In this document: piece after piece, positions 24,208 to 37,344 of the stretch
Position numbering within the stretch: position 1 is the first letter of the stretch
How the letters are laid out: the number at the start of each line of letters is the position of its first letter
NCBI GenBank assembly: GCA_038496445.1
Contig: JALMLS010000340.1
Span: forward strand, 1-64,000
DNA: 64,000 nucleotides
Direction of reading: 5' to 3'
Source of the DNA: Trichosphaerium sp. ATCC 40318
Lineage: Eukaryota; Protista; Tubulinea
Notes under the pieces: model-generated
What the model was told of the DNA's origin: nothing
Databases searched by the model: none
What the model saw: the letters and a program-made list of their open reading frames with translations, nothing else
Position numbers and translations under genes: made by a program

Positions 24208-27200
24208 ATGGCGTATAAACGGAATTATTTTCCAGATGCCAAAACAAAGGGTACAAACGGTCCCTCAGCGTATTGTTATGAGTGTAATGATAAAATAGAT
24301 CGTTCCATCGCTCCTTTGATTGGTACATGCTTTGATTCTGACGACGAAAAGGATGTCTCCGAGTTGACGCGTAAACAACGCATTGAACGTGAAAAACGGC
24401 AAAATATCCCAGAGTGGGAACAAAAGGTACCTAAACGGCTGTATTTGAATTACCCACGCGTTGTTATAGGTCTACGATGAAGAAGGGCGGCAGAGATTTC
24501 ATGGTGCTTTTACAGGCGGTTTTTCCGCTGGTTACTACAACACTGTTGGCTCCAAAGAAGGTACACCGTTGTTGAATTGATGCCAATTGCCAACATCCAC
24601 ATAGGATGGACGCCACGGCAATGGAAGTCTTCACGAGACAAGAGAGCAGATGCTGAATCCACGCAACAGCCGTCAAACCGAATTCAGGATTACATGGACG
24701 CAGAGGTACAGTTGGATCCAACCATCCATTCATCCCCATCCCATGGCTTTTAAACCAACCACTAACAATCACGTGTTTTGTAGGACCTTGCTGATATTGG
24801 TGCAAACGATTTAATTGCAAAGGGAAAGTTTAATCTGGGTGTTGGTACTGTAGATGCGATGCGGCGTGGAAAGTGCGTCGCCTTTTTTTGTGTAAACCAG
24901 TTTGCCTTGGTTGTGTTAGTGCAATGCGAGCTTACAGCAGTGTATAGAGGTGACCGCATGCTTGATGTTATTGCACCATCAGAAGACCCAATAGGCATAC
25001 AGTTGCTCAGAAAGATGGGTTGGCGAGAAGGATTCGGGATAGGTCCAAGAAAGAAGCGAGGTTCGACTTTTGATTGACTACCAGCTGGCTATTGTTCAGA
25101 CGACAGTATTGTGTATAACGGCAAAGTATTGTCTCACACTTTTTTAGCAAAAAAGAAAAAGAAACGCATTTCGAATGTTGCAGGTGTTGCGGGTATAACG
25201 AGGCCCGATGACGACGAAGCAGAGGATGATCCGTATGCGCATGGTCACCTGTTCGCTCCTAAAAATGCATCAATTCACGAGTACAAGCACAAGGACGACT
25301 TGTGGGGTATAGGCTACGATCCGCATACTGGCGCTGCTGAGTTTCGCGATGCAAAGAATAGTGGTGGCGCTAAAAGCGGCGTCAGACTCCACATGACATC
25401 CATATATGGTGAAGGTAACTAACTTTTCAAGACAATTGTCTTCTTTCCACTGACGCCCAGAATCACAGGCCGAAAAGTATCTGGAACATTTGGATTGGGT
25501 GCTCTAGAAGATGCAGACGACCTGGACCCGTACGAGACTGTAAATATGTCAAATTTTGACAAGGAACTCGATGGCTTCTCTTCATCCGCGTCTACCAAAA
25601 ACCCTAAACGTCAGGTACAAGCACACCATTAACTCCTTTAAACATACTAATGCTCATCAAGATTACTGGAAACGCAACAAGCAGTATTACTGGATCATCT
25701 GGTGTTCCAGGATTTAGTGCTGCACGTCGGCGACCCCCTCCAGCAGCTTGGTTCGACCCTCCATCACTTCCTCGCGATTTCAAGCCTGTACGCTTGCTAC
25801 CACAGCCCTTTATCCGTGTAGTAATGCTTACTTGGGTATCTAGTTCCACGTTTGGGCAGGCGTTAAACCAGAAATAAAAGGGCATCAATACGGCTTATCT
25901 GCTCAAGATAGAGGCGACATACTAGGTGAAAAACAACTACCAAAGAAATCACGTGGGGTATTCGCCTTAATGTCACCTGAAGACAAGTACGTATTCTACT
26001 TTCTACATCAGTCATCTTCAAATTTGTTATTTTTATTGACTTGGTATAAGAGCGCGCTTAGCAAACGCTACAGGTAAAAGTGTTGATGGGTACAACCCTC
26101 AAGTAGCCCGAAAAGTGCCTACGGCCGCTGAAGTAGATGCGTTGCTCAGCAAATTCAAAAAAGCAGAGCCGGTACAGGCCACTGAGGTGCGTTGTAGTTT
26201 TGTTTTTGGTAGCAGAGTTCCTCGGTTTAGTCTAAGCAATATTCAAGGAACAAGCTCGCAAAAGTGCACGTGTCTTCAAAGACAATCCTGCCAAACAAAA
26301 GCGGTATCTAGCATGGTTACAACACAAGCAACATGGCACGCCATTAGCGCCAAGCAGCCAATCGCAGGCCATGATTGCTGTCGAGCATGATGAGTTTATG
26401 CGTATTTGGGGCATGTTCAAGCCCATGTCTGGTCTCATGGCCAAGCGATTTACACGCTCAACATCCGCTCCTGGAGAAGAGGACAAACCGGATGAGATTG
26501 AAGATGACGTAGCTGGCGATGCTGCAAAGATGAAGATGTTTGGGTATGCTCAGCGTTACCTCAGGTTGCAATGTTCTAACGGCGATATAGAACGATGACG
26601 CGCTCAGTCGAGGAATTTTGGCCAGAAAACTTATTATGCAGGCGATTTAACGTCAAACGGCCGACAAGGAAACGCCCAGGTCACGCCTTCCACCAGTGCG
26701 TCCACTTATAATCACACTACATTTTTTTTATTTGCTTTTGTTTCCTTTCTTCTTGGCTTATATCTTACGTTCCTCTCGTCACAGGGAATCACAACCGCCG
26801 CTAAAACAAACAAATTATCAAGTAGAAATGGACAAGCTGGTCGGTGTTTCAACTTCTGAAGTAGAGTTGAAGCGGCCCTCCAAAGGTGGCAATAGCAGCT
26901 TCAACGTGGTGGAGGAGCAGCACAAGGAAGAGATAAAACAGCTGATAGGCGAACAAGATGAAGAAGAGATTATTGAAGTTGCAGAAAAACCGTCAGTTGG
27001 TTTGTTCAAGGCAATCTTTGAGATGGATAGTGACGATGATGAGAGTGATGACGAAGACGAAGATGAGAGCGATGACGAAGAGGACAAAAATGAGTCTGAA
27101 GAGCAAGCAGTGGAAGTCCCAAAGGAAGAAGCAGAGTCGTCAGAGCCGGGAAAATTAGTATTCACGCCGTCGGCGAGCCGCACTACCAAGAAGAAAGGCA

Positions 27201-27514
27201 GACTAGATATTGGTGCACGGCTTCAAAAGTCTATACAACAGGAGAAGCAACGCGGAACAGAGGTCAAAGAAGAAGAGAAACAAGAGACTGGTTTCTTTGG
27301 TCCTGCAAAACCTGCTTACCAGATACTGGACGTTGGCATGGCTGATGCAGACGGCGATGCGTCGGGTGATGATAGGAAACGCAAGAGGAACAGTTCTAGG
27401 AGGGACAAGGACAAGTACAGTAGACATAAACACAAAGACAAGAAACACAAGCGCCATAAAGATAAAGACAAGGACAGACGCCATCATAAGCACAAAAAGC
27501 GCAAGTTAAAGTGA
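24208..27514 (+). CDS. GPATCH1: G-patch domain-containing protein 1 (GPATCH1/TGH-like splicing factor)
   Basis: [32 protein letters not shown] (DUF1604 signature); G-patch [18 protein letters not shown]; [11 protein letters not shown]; acidic and K/H/R-rich tail. Confidence 0.92.
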
Positions 27515-27626
27515 GTTTTGTCTTTTTTTTTTTCAGTCAGCCAAAAATAAAATGCACCCTTGTGGATTGGTCGAACCAAAACTTTATTTGTTGCGCTTCG
27601 CGCTCTAACACGCGCATTATCGGAGT

Positions 27627-28279
27627 CTAGGCGCTTTGTTGTTTCTGCTGCCTCTTTATTTCGACAATCTCCTTCATTGATTCTTCCATGCCCTCTAACC
27701 GCGGTTTAATGTTAAATTTGGCGCTAACTTGGGTGTAAAACTATTTAAACCAAGTACGTACTGACAAACTCTTCCCACGTGATCTTTTTGTCGTCATTAG
27801 GGTCAACGAACTTTGTGAGTTCTCCCACAAAGTCCTTCTTCTGTTCGGCTGTAGGTGGCGGAGTGCACATCTTTTCCTTACGCCGTGGGTCGTCTAAAAA
27901 TGGTTACAAGAGAAAGATACGCCACGTGGGTACCTGCTGGGAGAGCGTCGGATACTGGAATGGTAGTGGAAGGCCTACGTTACATGTAAGCTAGCGCTTT
28001 AGAGAAGGAAGTGTGTACTTTTTGGGCGTTAGCCTGTCCCACATAAAGTCGAACATAGAGTCTAGGAACTTGCTCATCTCCTCCCCTAGTGACCGTTAAT
28101 TGTGCGACAGTGCTTGGGGGATGCTTACCTTCAATAGTGCCCGATTTATCAGCGTCAAAAGCCTCCCACACCTTCAACAACTCGTCCATGTCGAGCTCCT
28201 TTCGCTTTCTGGCGTCTTTGTACAAGTCATTGTACGCCTCGCGCGTTTCTTTGAGTAGTTTATCAGATTTCTGGCCCAT
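27627..28279 (-). CDS. Small EF-hand calcium-binding protein (2 EF loops)
   Basis: FDADKSGTIE|GEEM and VDPNDDKKITWEEF loops after splicing. Confidence 0.8.
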
Positions 28280-28552
28280 GGTGTTCCGTTAGTGTTGAAA
28301 ACAGTTAAATTGTAAAATGGCTATCGAAGGACGAAACTTGACTTCAATCCACACTTTCCACAGGGGTGTCTTGCACACTGGCTTTTATGGTGTATATATG
28401 TACGGTACCTATAGGAAGTGATGATGCGATACAATAATTAATATAGACGAAACGGAGAATAAGTTGATAACTCGCAGAAAGTCCACAGAAATTTGAGAAT
28501 TTTAATTCCTACTTAAAACAAACCAATTCAACATAAACGAAGTTACAAAACC

Positions 28553-29992
28553 ATGGTTAAAGAAATGCATTTATATGATGTTATGGGTGTTAAACCGAAC
28601 TGCACTAAAAAAGAGCTACAACAGCAGTTTAAGAAGGCACGTTTGTTATCAACAATAAGAAACACCATCTAATAACTTTAGCTGTCTAAAGTACTACATC
28701 CTGACCGCAACAAGGCCCCTGATGCTCACGAAAAATTTACTGAGATGTGCTCGGTACGCGTGCAACACCACCACTCTAATGAATACAACCATCTACTAAC
28801 AATACTGTAGGCATTCAAAGTCCTTAAGGATCCTAAAAAACGTGAAATATACGACAAGTATGGCGCCAAAGGGCTTGAAGGAGGCATGGAGGATCCACCC
28901 GATTTTTGGAATCCATTCAACCCCAGAGGACGATCAGGCCCTAAGCGTACTTCAGATATGGTGTATCGATTGGGTGTTGAATTGGAGGACTTGTACAAAG
29001 GCAGGACTAAAAAAATGAAGGTGACGCGCCAGGTAATTTGCAAGTGTGGTGGCTCTGGCGCAAAAAACCCTAGTCAGAAAAAGACCTGTAAGACATGTAA
29101 TGGAACTGGCGTTACAGTAACGACACAACGACGTGGCAACATGGTTATGCAAAGCCGTTCAGGTACGACACGTGTATTTGCTGAAATTAGTTTATTGACA
29201 ATCCTGGTTTAGTGTGCCCCTCGTGCCGCGGTAACAAGACGACCATAGATCCGGCTAATTTGTGCTCCTTCTGCAAAGGCCAAGGCACTACCGAGCAGGC
29301 AAAGATAATTGAAGTGTTCATAGAAAAGGGCATGTCCACTGGTCAAACAATAAAATTCCCTGGACAGAGCAATGAAGCTCCTGATTACGTAACTGGCGAT
29401 CTCATATTTGAAATACAACAAATAGATCATCCGACATTCCAAAGAAAGGGAGCTGATCTTCTTGTAACAAAACAAATAAGCTTGGTACGACACGACTCCA
29501 CCCAACACGTTTTCGGGTCTGACACTTGCATTTAGGGTGATGCTGTTTGTGGATTTGAGTTCTTGATTACCCATCTAGATGGAAGGAAGCTCTCTGTCAA
29601 AATACCGCCTGGAGATGTAGTACATCCAAATCAGATGAGAGAAATAACAGGAGAAGGCATGCCGGTACACACAAATCCATATACACGAGGCAACTTGTTT
29701 GTGCAATTTCAAGTCGAGTTTCCAGAGTCTCTGGACACTTCTCAGATCAAACTTCTGAGACAGGCATTATCGCCTTACCTTACACCACCACCACAGTATG
29801 ATCAAAGTACAGTGGAATCCGTAGCGCTTCACAAGGGTACGCCAAGTGGTTAACACAAAGAGCTGTTGAAATACTGACGATAGCCATTTAGGTGAGGGCT
29901 ATGGAGACACCAGGGCGACTGCAAGAACCACCTCTCAATATGACTCTGATGAAGAGATGACAGACGCCCCAACGCGATGTGCTACACAGTAA
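28553..29992 (+). CDS. Type I DnaJ/Hsp40 (DNAJA/Ydj1 family) with C-terminal CaaX
   Basis: J domain with HPD; KREIYDKYG; LEDLYKG; Zn-finger CxxCxGxG repeats; GEGMP..RGNLFVQFQVEFP; ends CATQ*. Confidence 0.93.
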
Positions 29993-30135
29993 GAAAAGTA
30001 TTATGTAATCTGTGATCAGTGTAAATATTCTATTCTGTTTTTTTATACTCTATGTGTACAAGTTTTGTTGTAATGTTAAGTCAGACTTAACCACCCAAAC
30101 AACTTTTTGTCTCCATTACGCTACAGATGTAGCAT

Positions 30136-31990
30136 ATGATAAATAGTCTGCGCAAGAGGGTTACGCAATGTAAGGTATGCGTACATAGAAGTTATGCTCG
30201 AATTGCTGTTGAGTACGCTATAACGTGTTTATCACGCGAAATCACACGCTTTTAGTGAACTTCAGACGCATCGCGACGCGTTTGACAGGATTGGGGCTCG
30301 TCTCAACGTGAATCGTTTAAATTTGTGGTACAACGTAGGATACGTAGATGCAGTCGATGCAGGGGCGGGTGGAATACTGTAATTCGCGTTTTTTGTAAAT
30401 GTCGTTAAATCATCGCAGGAAAAAACACAATCACTCTCTGGCGACGTGCCTAGGTATACTTTATCCTGACCACGCCTGGCTGCCGTGGAAATTCAGGTCA
30501 GTTCGTTTTTTCATCGAGTTTCGGTTCATACTGAACGCAATCATATTCTCCCTATCGTACAATCTATTCACACCCTCAAGGCAAGCTCCAAAAGAATATT
30601 GGCAATCTCTCCGCAACCAACGGGAGAGATTCGAATCAATAGGTGCTAGCCTTAATGTACGACATTTAGACGATTGGTACAACGTTAGAAAGGAAGATGT
30701 CATCGCTGCCGGCGCTTCAGGACTCCTGTATGTTTAGCGTCTCAGTTCTCCCGCATCTCATACTGCATAGTGCGTATTATAACGGCTCGCTATCAGCTTG
30801 CCTTGGTGTGTTGTATCCCAACAAGTCATGGGTATTGTGGAAATTTGTGCACGTGATTACGTAACGTTTACGATTTGGCTAATGTCTATTGAGCGTGCAG
30901 GTCTGTACCCAAACATTATTGGAAGGATCTCAATAATCAACGGGCATTAGTGGCGTCTCTGGAAGAGTCATGGCGCATGAAGAGCTTGGACGATTGGTAT
31001 AAACAATCTTCTCATTATTTGGGTCAGCTCGACAAATCCTTGAGGAGCCTCATGGCCTTGTGCGTCACCACACATGTTTTATTGCCTCCTAATATTTCAA
31101 AAGGTATGGTAACTTACCACAGCTACTACGGGCTTTGTATCCTTCGTTTGAGTGGAGAAATGATAAGTTTTACCTAAAGCCAATGGGATTTTGGACCAAT
31201 ACCGGAAATAGAAAAAAGTTTTTAAAAGAGATGATTAAAGAATACCACATTGAAAAGCCGGATGACTGGTACACTCTTGGTATTTCGGAAGCGACACTAA
31301 AAAAGGGCGGACACGGTTTGCGCAAGTATTGGCCGCACGTGCTACGGCTCGTGGCGCCTAGATTCGATTGGGATTGGTCGCGCTTCGCCCGCACTGGAAA
31401 AGCTTCAACGCAGAGGTGAAATGGAGCATATCACCAGCTTGCTTAGACTCACAAACACGTTTAGGCGGTTGGCACATACCATTCGAAAACTACTTCCCTG
31501 GTTGGATGTGCGTGAAGAGTTCCTATTGGGCCTGAGGTGTGCATCTGCTCAGCGCGTTTCGCTAGATATTTTTATTCCAGAATACAACTTGGCCCTCGAA
31601 TATCAAGGTGAACACCATTATCAAGATTCTTTTCGTAGACGAGGCCACTTTTCTAATGTTCAGCACGCATTGGATGTAGAGAAGGCAGCACTTTGTGCAG
31701 AAGCTGGTATACTAGACTACGGTTTTTTTTTTATTTCATTATTTTCAAATAATGTCTTTTATCCTCTTACTACCACACCAGGTATTCGTTTGGTGGATTT
31801 TCCTTATTGGTATGGTACTAGTGCCCGCAGTGTATCTCTACTACTGCAAAAAATTGAGCCTGGTCTATTTTCTGGATCACAAGACGGCCCATCTACTGCT
31901 CTTAGACAATATCTAAACACAAGCAAAGAGTTAAAAAGATCGTCTAGTCGCCATGTAATGCTCCCTTTCGATGTCAAGAGAGCGCTGTAA
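30136..31990 (+). CDS. DWY-repeat / PD-(D/E)XK-like nuclease protein, paralogue 3 (4 repeats, presequence, no ligase)
   Basis: N-terminus MINSLRKRVTQCKVCVHRSYA. Repeats e.g. APKEYWQSLRNQRERFESIGASLNVRHLDDWY. KASTQR|RL; LDIFIPEYNLALEYQGEHHY; G|IRLVDFPYW. Confidence 0.85.
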
Positions 31991-33983
31991 ATAGGACTAG
32001 AGGGAAGGCATGGCACAAAATAAAAAGGTACAAATATAGCTAGCGTCTAGTTGTGAATGGCGGTTGTGTGTGGATAGCTCCATAGGAAATACAGCTGTGT
32101 TTTAAAAATGTGGCGGTTTAAAAAAAAAATACTACATAGTACAGTTTAGGTAATATCGAAGGTATGAGTTTGAGAGCGCCTGTAAACGCCCCACTCTTTT
32201 ATTGGGAGATTTTGTTTTCAAGTAGTACAGAAAACTGTTTTGGATTTTGTCGTTTTGTTTTTTCAACCACCAACGTTTTTGGATCGTTTCAAAACGTGAC
32301 CTGCGTATTGTATTTATTTCGCGTGAGGTCTAATAGAGGGATAAGTGTTTGAAATTTAACGCGTTTGTTCAAAATAAAAAAAAACGTAAAAAACATTTCG
32401 TTTTGGCAATTTCGTGGGAAACCCTGCTCTGTGTATAGAACTATCATCGTACCTTAAAAATTGATGAAGGCCGTCCGATAGAGGCAAGAAAAAATTTCAT
32501 CTGAGCTTTTGTTGGAATAGACCACGTGATTTTGGCGGTTTTGTTACTGTATTGGCTTCATTCGTTTGAACAATGGCGAAAGGCAGTGCATTTGAGGTGC
32601 AAGTTGGATTGGCGTAGTAAACGCCGGATATTATGGCGCCACAAGGTTCTAGGCTGTCGTCGGTTGGGTTTAGATCCAAGTTCCGTCTCGACAAGCCGTT
32701 CTTTTTAGATAGGTGTTGAAATAGCTTTGATACTTGTTTAGACATTATGATTTATAGGTTTTTAGCTGAGGTGTTGCTGCTCCGGTATGCGATGAGTCGA
32801 ATAAGGATCAAAATGACCAAAAACAAACCAAAGTGCACACAAACTACACGATACTACGCAGACCATTAAAATGTGTGTACAACACAATAATACGGTGTAG
32901 GAACTTATTCGCGAATCACCCGAGATGGGGAAATGACGCTGTGATTTCCGTAAAATATGCAGCCCGTGCAGTTCGCTTTGACCTCGCTCCTGGCCCTGGT
33001 TGAATGCTACTCCACCCAAAGGGCGTAGAGTATTCTAATAATATCGTGCTTGATCGGTGTACTGATGGCGTCACTATTACGGATGTTGTGCTTATGTAAA
33101 CCTTTCTCCGAATTGGTATAACCGCTTCTATACTTGCCGATAAGCGCTGCTTTATATTGGTAACATTAGCTCCTGCGCTCACAGATTTTCCAATTTCCGA
33201 ACCAGCTCTGTGTAGTAATAGGAGTAACGGGAGTATGCACTTGTTTGCGTAATTATCTCCGTGAAAACGGCAATAGGATATTACGTCCCTAGTACGCGAT
33301 CAGACACTCACGAATAACTCCATATTACATGGCATTTCAAATCAAGAAATTTTTGGTTGTTTTGGGGGATTGCCTGATTGGATAAGTTGAATTGATTTCT
33401 TTTTTTTTTGTAGTTTACTTGTCATACAAAAAAATCCTAGTTGTGAAGAATCCTTCTTTAACACGCCACTGGATGCGTGGTGATAGTACCAAACCAATTC
33501 TGTTTTTCTAACTTCATATTCCATCATTCTGAACTATCCAAAAGACCTTTGGCAACACGTGCATGTTTTTCGTACTATAGGCAAGTTTTCTGTAACTGAT
33601 AAAGGTGTAGCAGGTGTTTATAAGTATGTATAGAGCCGTACAACCTAGCTGATTCCCTCCCAATTGTGCGTTTTCTGAAAAAAAGACTACTCAAAAAAAG
33701 ACATTTTACGCAAATGCAATAGCAACAATTTAGCAATCAAACACTTAAATTGTTCCAGTACAATACCAACTCTGTGAAGGTTATTTTCTGTTAACAGTTT
33801 TCTTCAAGTTGATGCAGTATGTACGCTCAGAAAAAAAGCAAGTAAAAATGTAAAAAAATTTCGAACGACACGCCAGTACTTATGATCTACGCTTAAGCTA
33901 ACAAAACGTATTGCGCGGTGCGTCGTGTAGTTATATGTATTAGACCACGTGATGTTTGGCTAATATTGAGGCGTTTTATTGAA

Positions 33984-34671
33984 ATGTCAAACTACAATCA
34001 ACTAACAGCGCCCGATGAGGTATTAATACGCACTACTGAACCCTATGAGCGACAAATATTTTTTATCCTAGCCTGTGCGATTTTAGCGGTGGTAATATTA
34101 TTTTCGCTTAGCATTGCAGAAATGGTGATCTCTATTGGAAACTTTAATGCCAAGGTAAAATGGTACCTCTTTTTCCTCCCCCTTTGTCAATTTGGTAACT
34201 TTACCTCTTACAGTGTAATTTAACGGAGTACTCGCGACATCATGTAAGAAATGTTACAGTGCCGAGATTTGGTAGAACAAAAGTATTGTGTATGTAACAG
34301 AGAGACAACTTTCTTTGGTGTCTCACTTTTTTGTCGCAGCCATTGGCCTGGCATCGTGGTTATTTGTTGATGCCACAACAACTGCTGGTATGCTGATAAT
34401 CCTGGTTTTTGCGAGTTTTTGTTTCTGCGCCGAATCCTGGTCTAGATTGGCCGCCATTTCATACCTTTGCTGGTTGTATACATTTGTATTTATAACTATA
34501 CCTTGGACAGTCTATGGTCTCCTCGTATTTTTAGAGAGCGACATCTGTAGGATGGAGAACTATGGGCTATGGGCATGTGCACTAGTTGTCATTGTTGTAA
34601 AGTCAGCATGGATTGCACTTACGCAGCCTCTTGGCCGGTGGTTGCTTGCTTTCACGAAACTAAACATTTGA
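33984..34671 (+). CDS. Hypothetical multi-pass membrane protein
   Basis: ORFs 33918-34223 and 34288-34671 join via two short canonical introns. About 5 hydrophobic segments. Confidence 0.6.
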
Positions 34672-34821
34672 TTGGCGCGTGCGCATAGAACCCAATAAAA
34701 ACAACAACTTGCATAACACAGTTAAAAGCACTTTAATTTTAAAGGCGACACGAGCAGAGTCGGTAAAGGAAGCAATGTGGATATCCAATGTAATAGTTAC
34801 TAACGAGATTACAGATTTTTC

Positions 34822-37137
34822 TCAAATCCAGATGTCTGAAGTGCAATCACCGCCTGGATACCGAACCTTGTGCAAACAATAAGCAATTAAAGCGAACAAG
34901 TATTTGTACCTCATGCGCCAGTACAGGTCCCCATGGCTCCTCCAGGAAATCCACCAAAAATTCTTTATTTAGCGTCATTCCTCCATTCTCTGTATCAACA
35001 TCGACTTGAATTAGCTGTGAACCTTTCTCCACCATTTCAGGATAGAATTGTCTATGTGTGTACAAATAAGTCACTACAACGTTATGCTTAATTAGGCTAG
35101 GCACGTACGAGTCCCAAGAGGAGTACAAAGAATTGGTTGCATACAACCGCTTTCCGTCCAGGCTGAGTTGTATCATTTGTGGACCACCTACAGTTTTTCT
35201 TTAGAGGAGTCTCATCTTTCGCAGTTGGAACATACCACGAAGTCTTTTTCCTTTGATGAATACTGGTTCTTTTGCTTCACCTTCAAGTAGCGTCACTGGT
35301 CCTCCTTTTTGTGCTGATCCACCCAAATCAATCTTACCGACTGTATTATGTGAGTACATTGACACAAGCGGTATGTTAGTAACGTACCCAATTTTGGAAC
35401 CATAGGATCAGAAATGTCGTATCTTAACAAAGTCTCAGAATTGTTTTGTTGAAAGCGTAGAAAGGAGTGATGAAATTAGCTTGTCTTACTGGCATATATC
35501 TCCACGGAGCCAATTTGAGAAGTAGAGATACTTGTCATCAAGTGAGATGAGTATATCTGTAATTAGTGGTGGCATTTCAGGCAAAGCCCAGCCGTCAACC
35601 TGTGCTCATTGTCAGTCTTTTATTATCAGCATTCATTTCTTTACCTTATCCCAATCTTGCTGAATCGCAGGTGTAATGTGCCACTTGCCATCATCGGCTT
35701 TCCAAAAGTGCAGAACATTGGATGATAAAGCAGCACCACAGAATCCGTGTGTTGAGTCTGGATTGTGTTGAAACCTCACCTAACGCTAGAATTATTTCAA
35801 ATAGATAATAGCTTTTTTCGCTTACCTCCAGTGGAATCATTCCGTACTCGCCGAGGCTCTGGCTAGCTTCCACTTTTCTTTCCTTCCAGTTCCAGAAGTG
35901 CAGAGAATTGCCGTATTTAGTGGGAACAAGGCTAGGATCGAAGCCTTTATCGAATGTGTTTGGCTCTCCCCATTCACTTGATACCATTATGTTATGTTTT
36001 GGTTGATACCAAAAGTCTACGATGATTGGTGAGCCAACATTTACAAAAAAGTAAGTCCATGTACCATAGCCATAGGGTGTTGGCTCATTTTCCCATCTAC
36101 CTTTAATTTCAAAGTTTTCGTCTAATAGCAAAAACCCTCCAGTTGCTACAAACATAGGTAAGTCATAATTGTAACTTGGAAACTACGCGTTCTAACCATT
36201 GCCGTGTTTGTCGCCCATCATAGAAATCATAAGATTTCCATCAGCTAGACAATGCGCAGTGTGAGGGTATGACAAATTCGTTTTCGCTTTTATATCATCT
36301 CCTTTTACTACCTTTATATTGTACTGTATCAGCAACGTCACATTGGATTTGTTTCGAAATACCTTGTGTAACTTTGGCGCTCGTGGGTCTGTGAATGTAT
36401 CGATGATATAAATGTTGGAGGTCCTTGTCGGCATTATTGCACATTATACAAGGAATATAGTCGGCCGTACTTTAAACCAGGAGCAATTAAGTACCGACGC
36501 GATCTTGTTGGATCTCCGTGACAACTAGAACATGCGTTCCATCCTGTGTGATGTAGCTCATCAGAAGTGCCATCGGGCGTTACTTTAAGCCTGTGTATGA
36601 CTTGGGAATACGTTGGAGATTCAGGATCACTGTCAATGGTTGCAATGTAGTCAGAGCCTTGATAGACATGCTTAGCAACGGTATAAATGGAAAAGAAAGT
36701 ACCAGTTTGTGACACACATGGCATGTACAAAAGTTTCTCCTTTGGCCCGTTTAAAAAAGCGTCCATTGGCGACGCGTAACCAGGTCCTACTTGGTGGTGC
36801 TCCTAGAGGGTTGTTACATACGTCGTAAACGTTAACGTACAGATTTGCATTCATTTTTTGGAAGTTTAGGTTGTGAAGATTCCGCCTGAACTTTCTCCTC
36901 GTCTTTGAGGAACCATGATTGATTCACCGTTGTGGCTACTGCCAAAGCGCCCCCAACGAGCCAATACCACAATTGGTTGTTAGATTTACCTGTAGGAACA
37001 GCTGTGGTAGCGTTATAACGCTTTGTAGCGTGCGTATGGCTAGTTTTTTGAGAACGGCGCCAGTGCCGTTTAGTAGGCACGTGAGCTTTGTCTGTGAAAC
37101 CTGAGCCTCGAGCTCGCGTTGCTATGCGTCGTAACAT
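34822..37137 (-). CDS. SELENBP1: Selenium-binding protein / methanethiol oxidase (SBP56 family) with an N-terminal presequence + TM extension
   Basis: [66 protein letters not shown]; ends [13 protein letters not shown]. Confidence 0.95.
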
Positions 37138-37344
37138 ACCGGCGTTATTTATTAGCAGTGGAGCAAAAATAGACAATGAGTGGAGCACGCGACAACCTAT
37201 TTGTTAAAAAGTGACTGGCTACAGTCACAACACTAACAGAGGTTTACGGGAAATATATTTATCATTTTCCAAGTGTGGCCTGTAGGCCGAAGTAGCCAAA
37301 ACCACGCCGAAAAACGTGACTTTTGGGCAACTTACAATGTATAA

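Noticed and set aside
26818-27509. Antisense and alternative-frame ORFs over the GPATCH1 tail
   Set aside because: Shadow ORFs caused by low-complexity acidic and basic codons.
32480-33900. Possible minus-strand gene with a C-terminal hydrophobic segment
   Set aside because: Some intron-like signals exist, but I could not build a consistent model or recognise a family.
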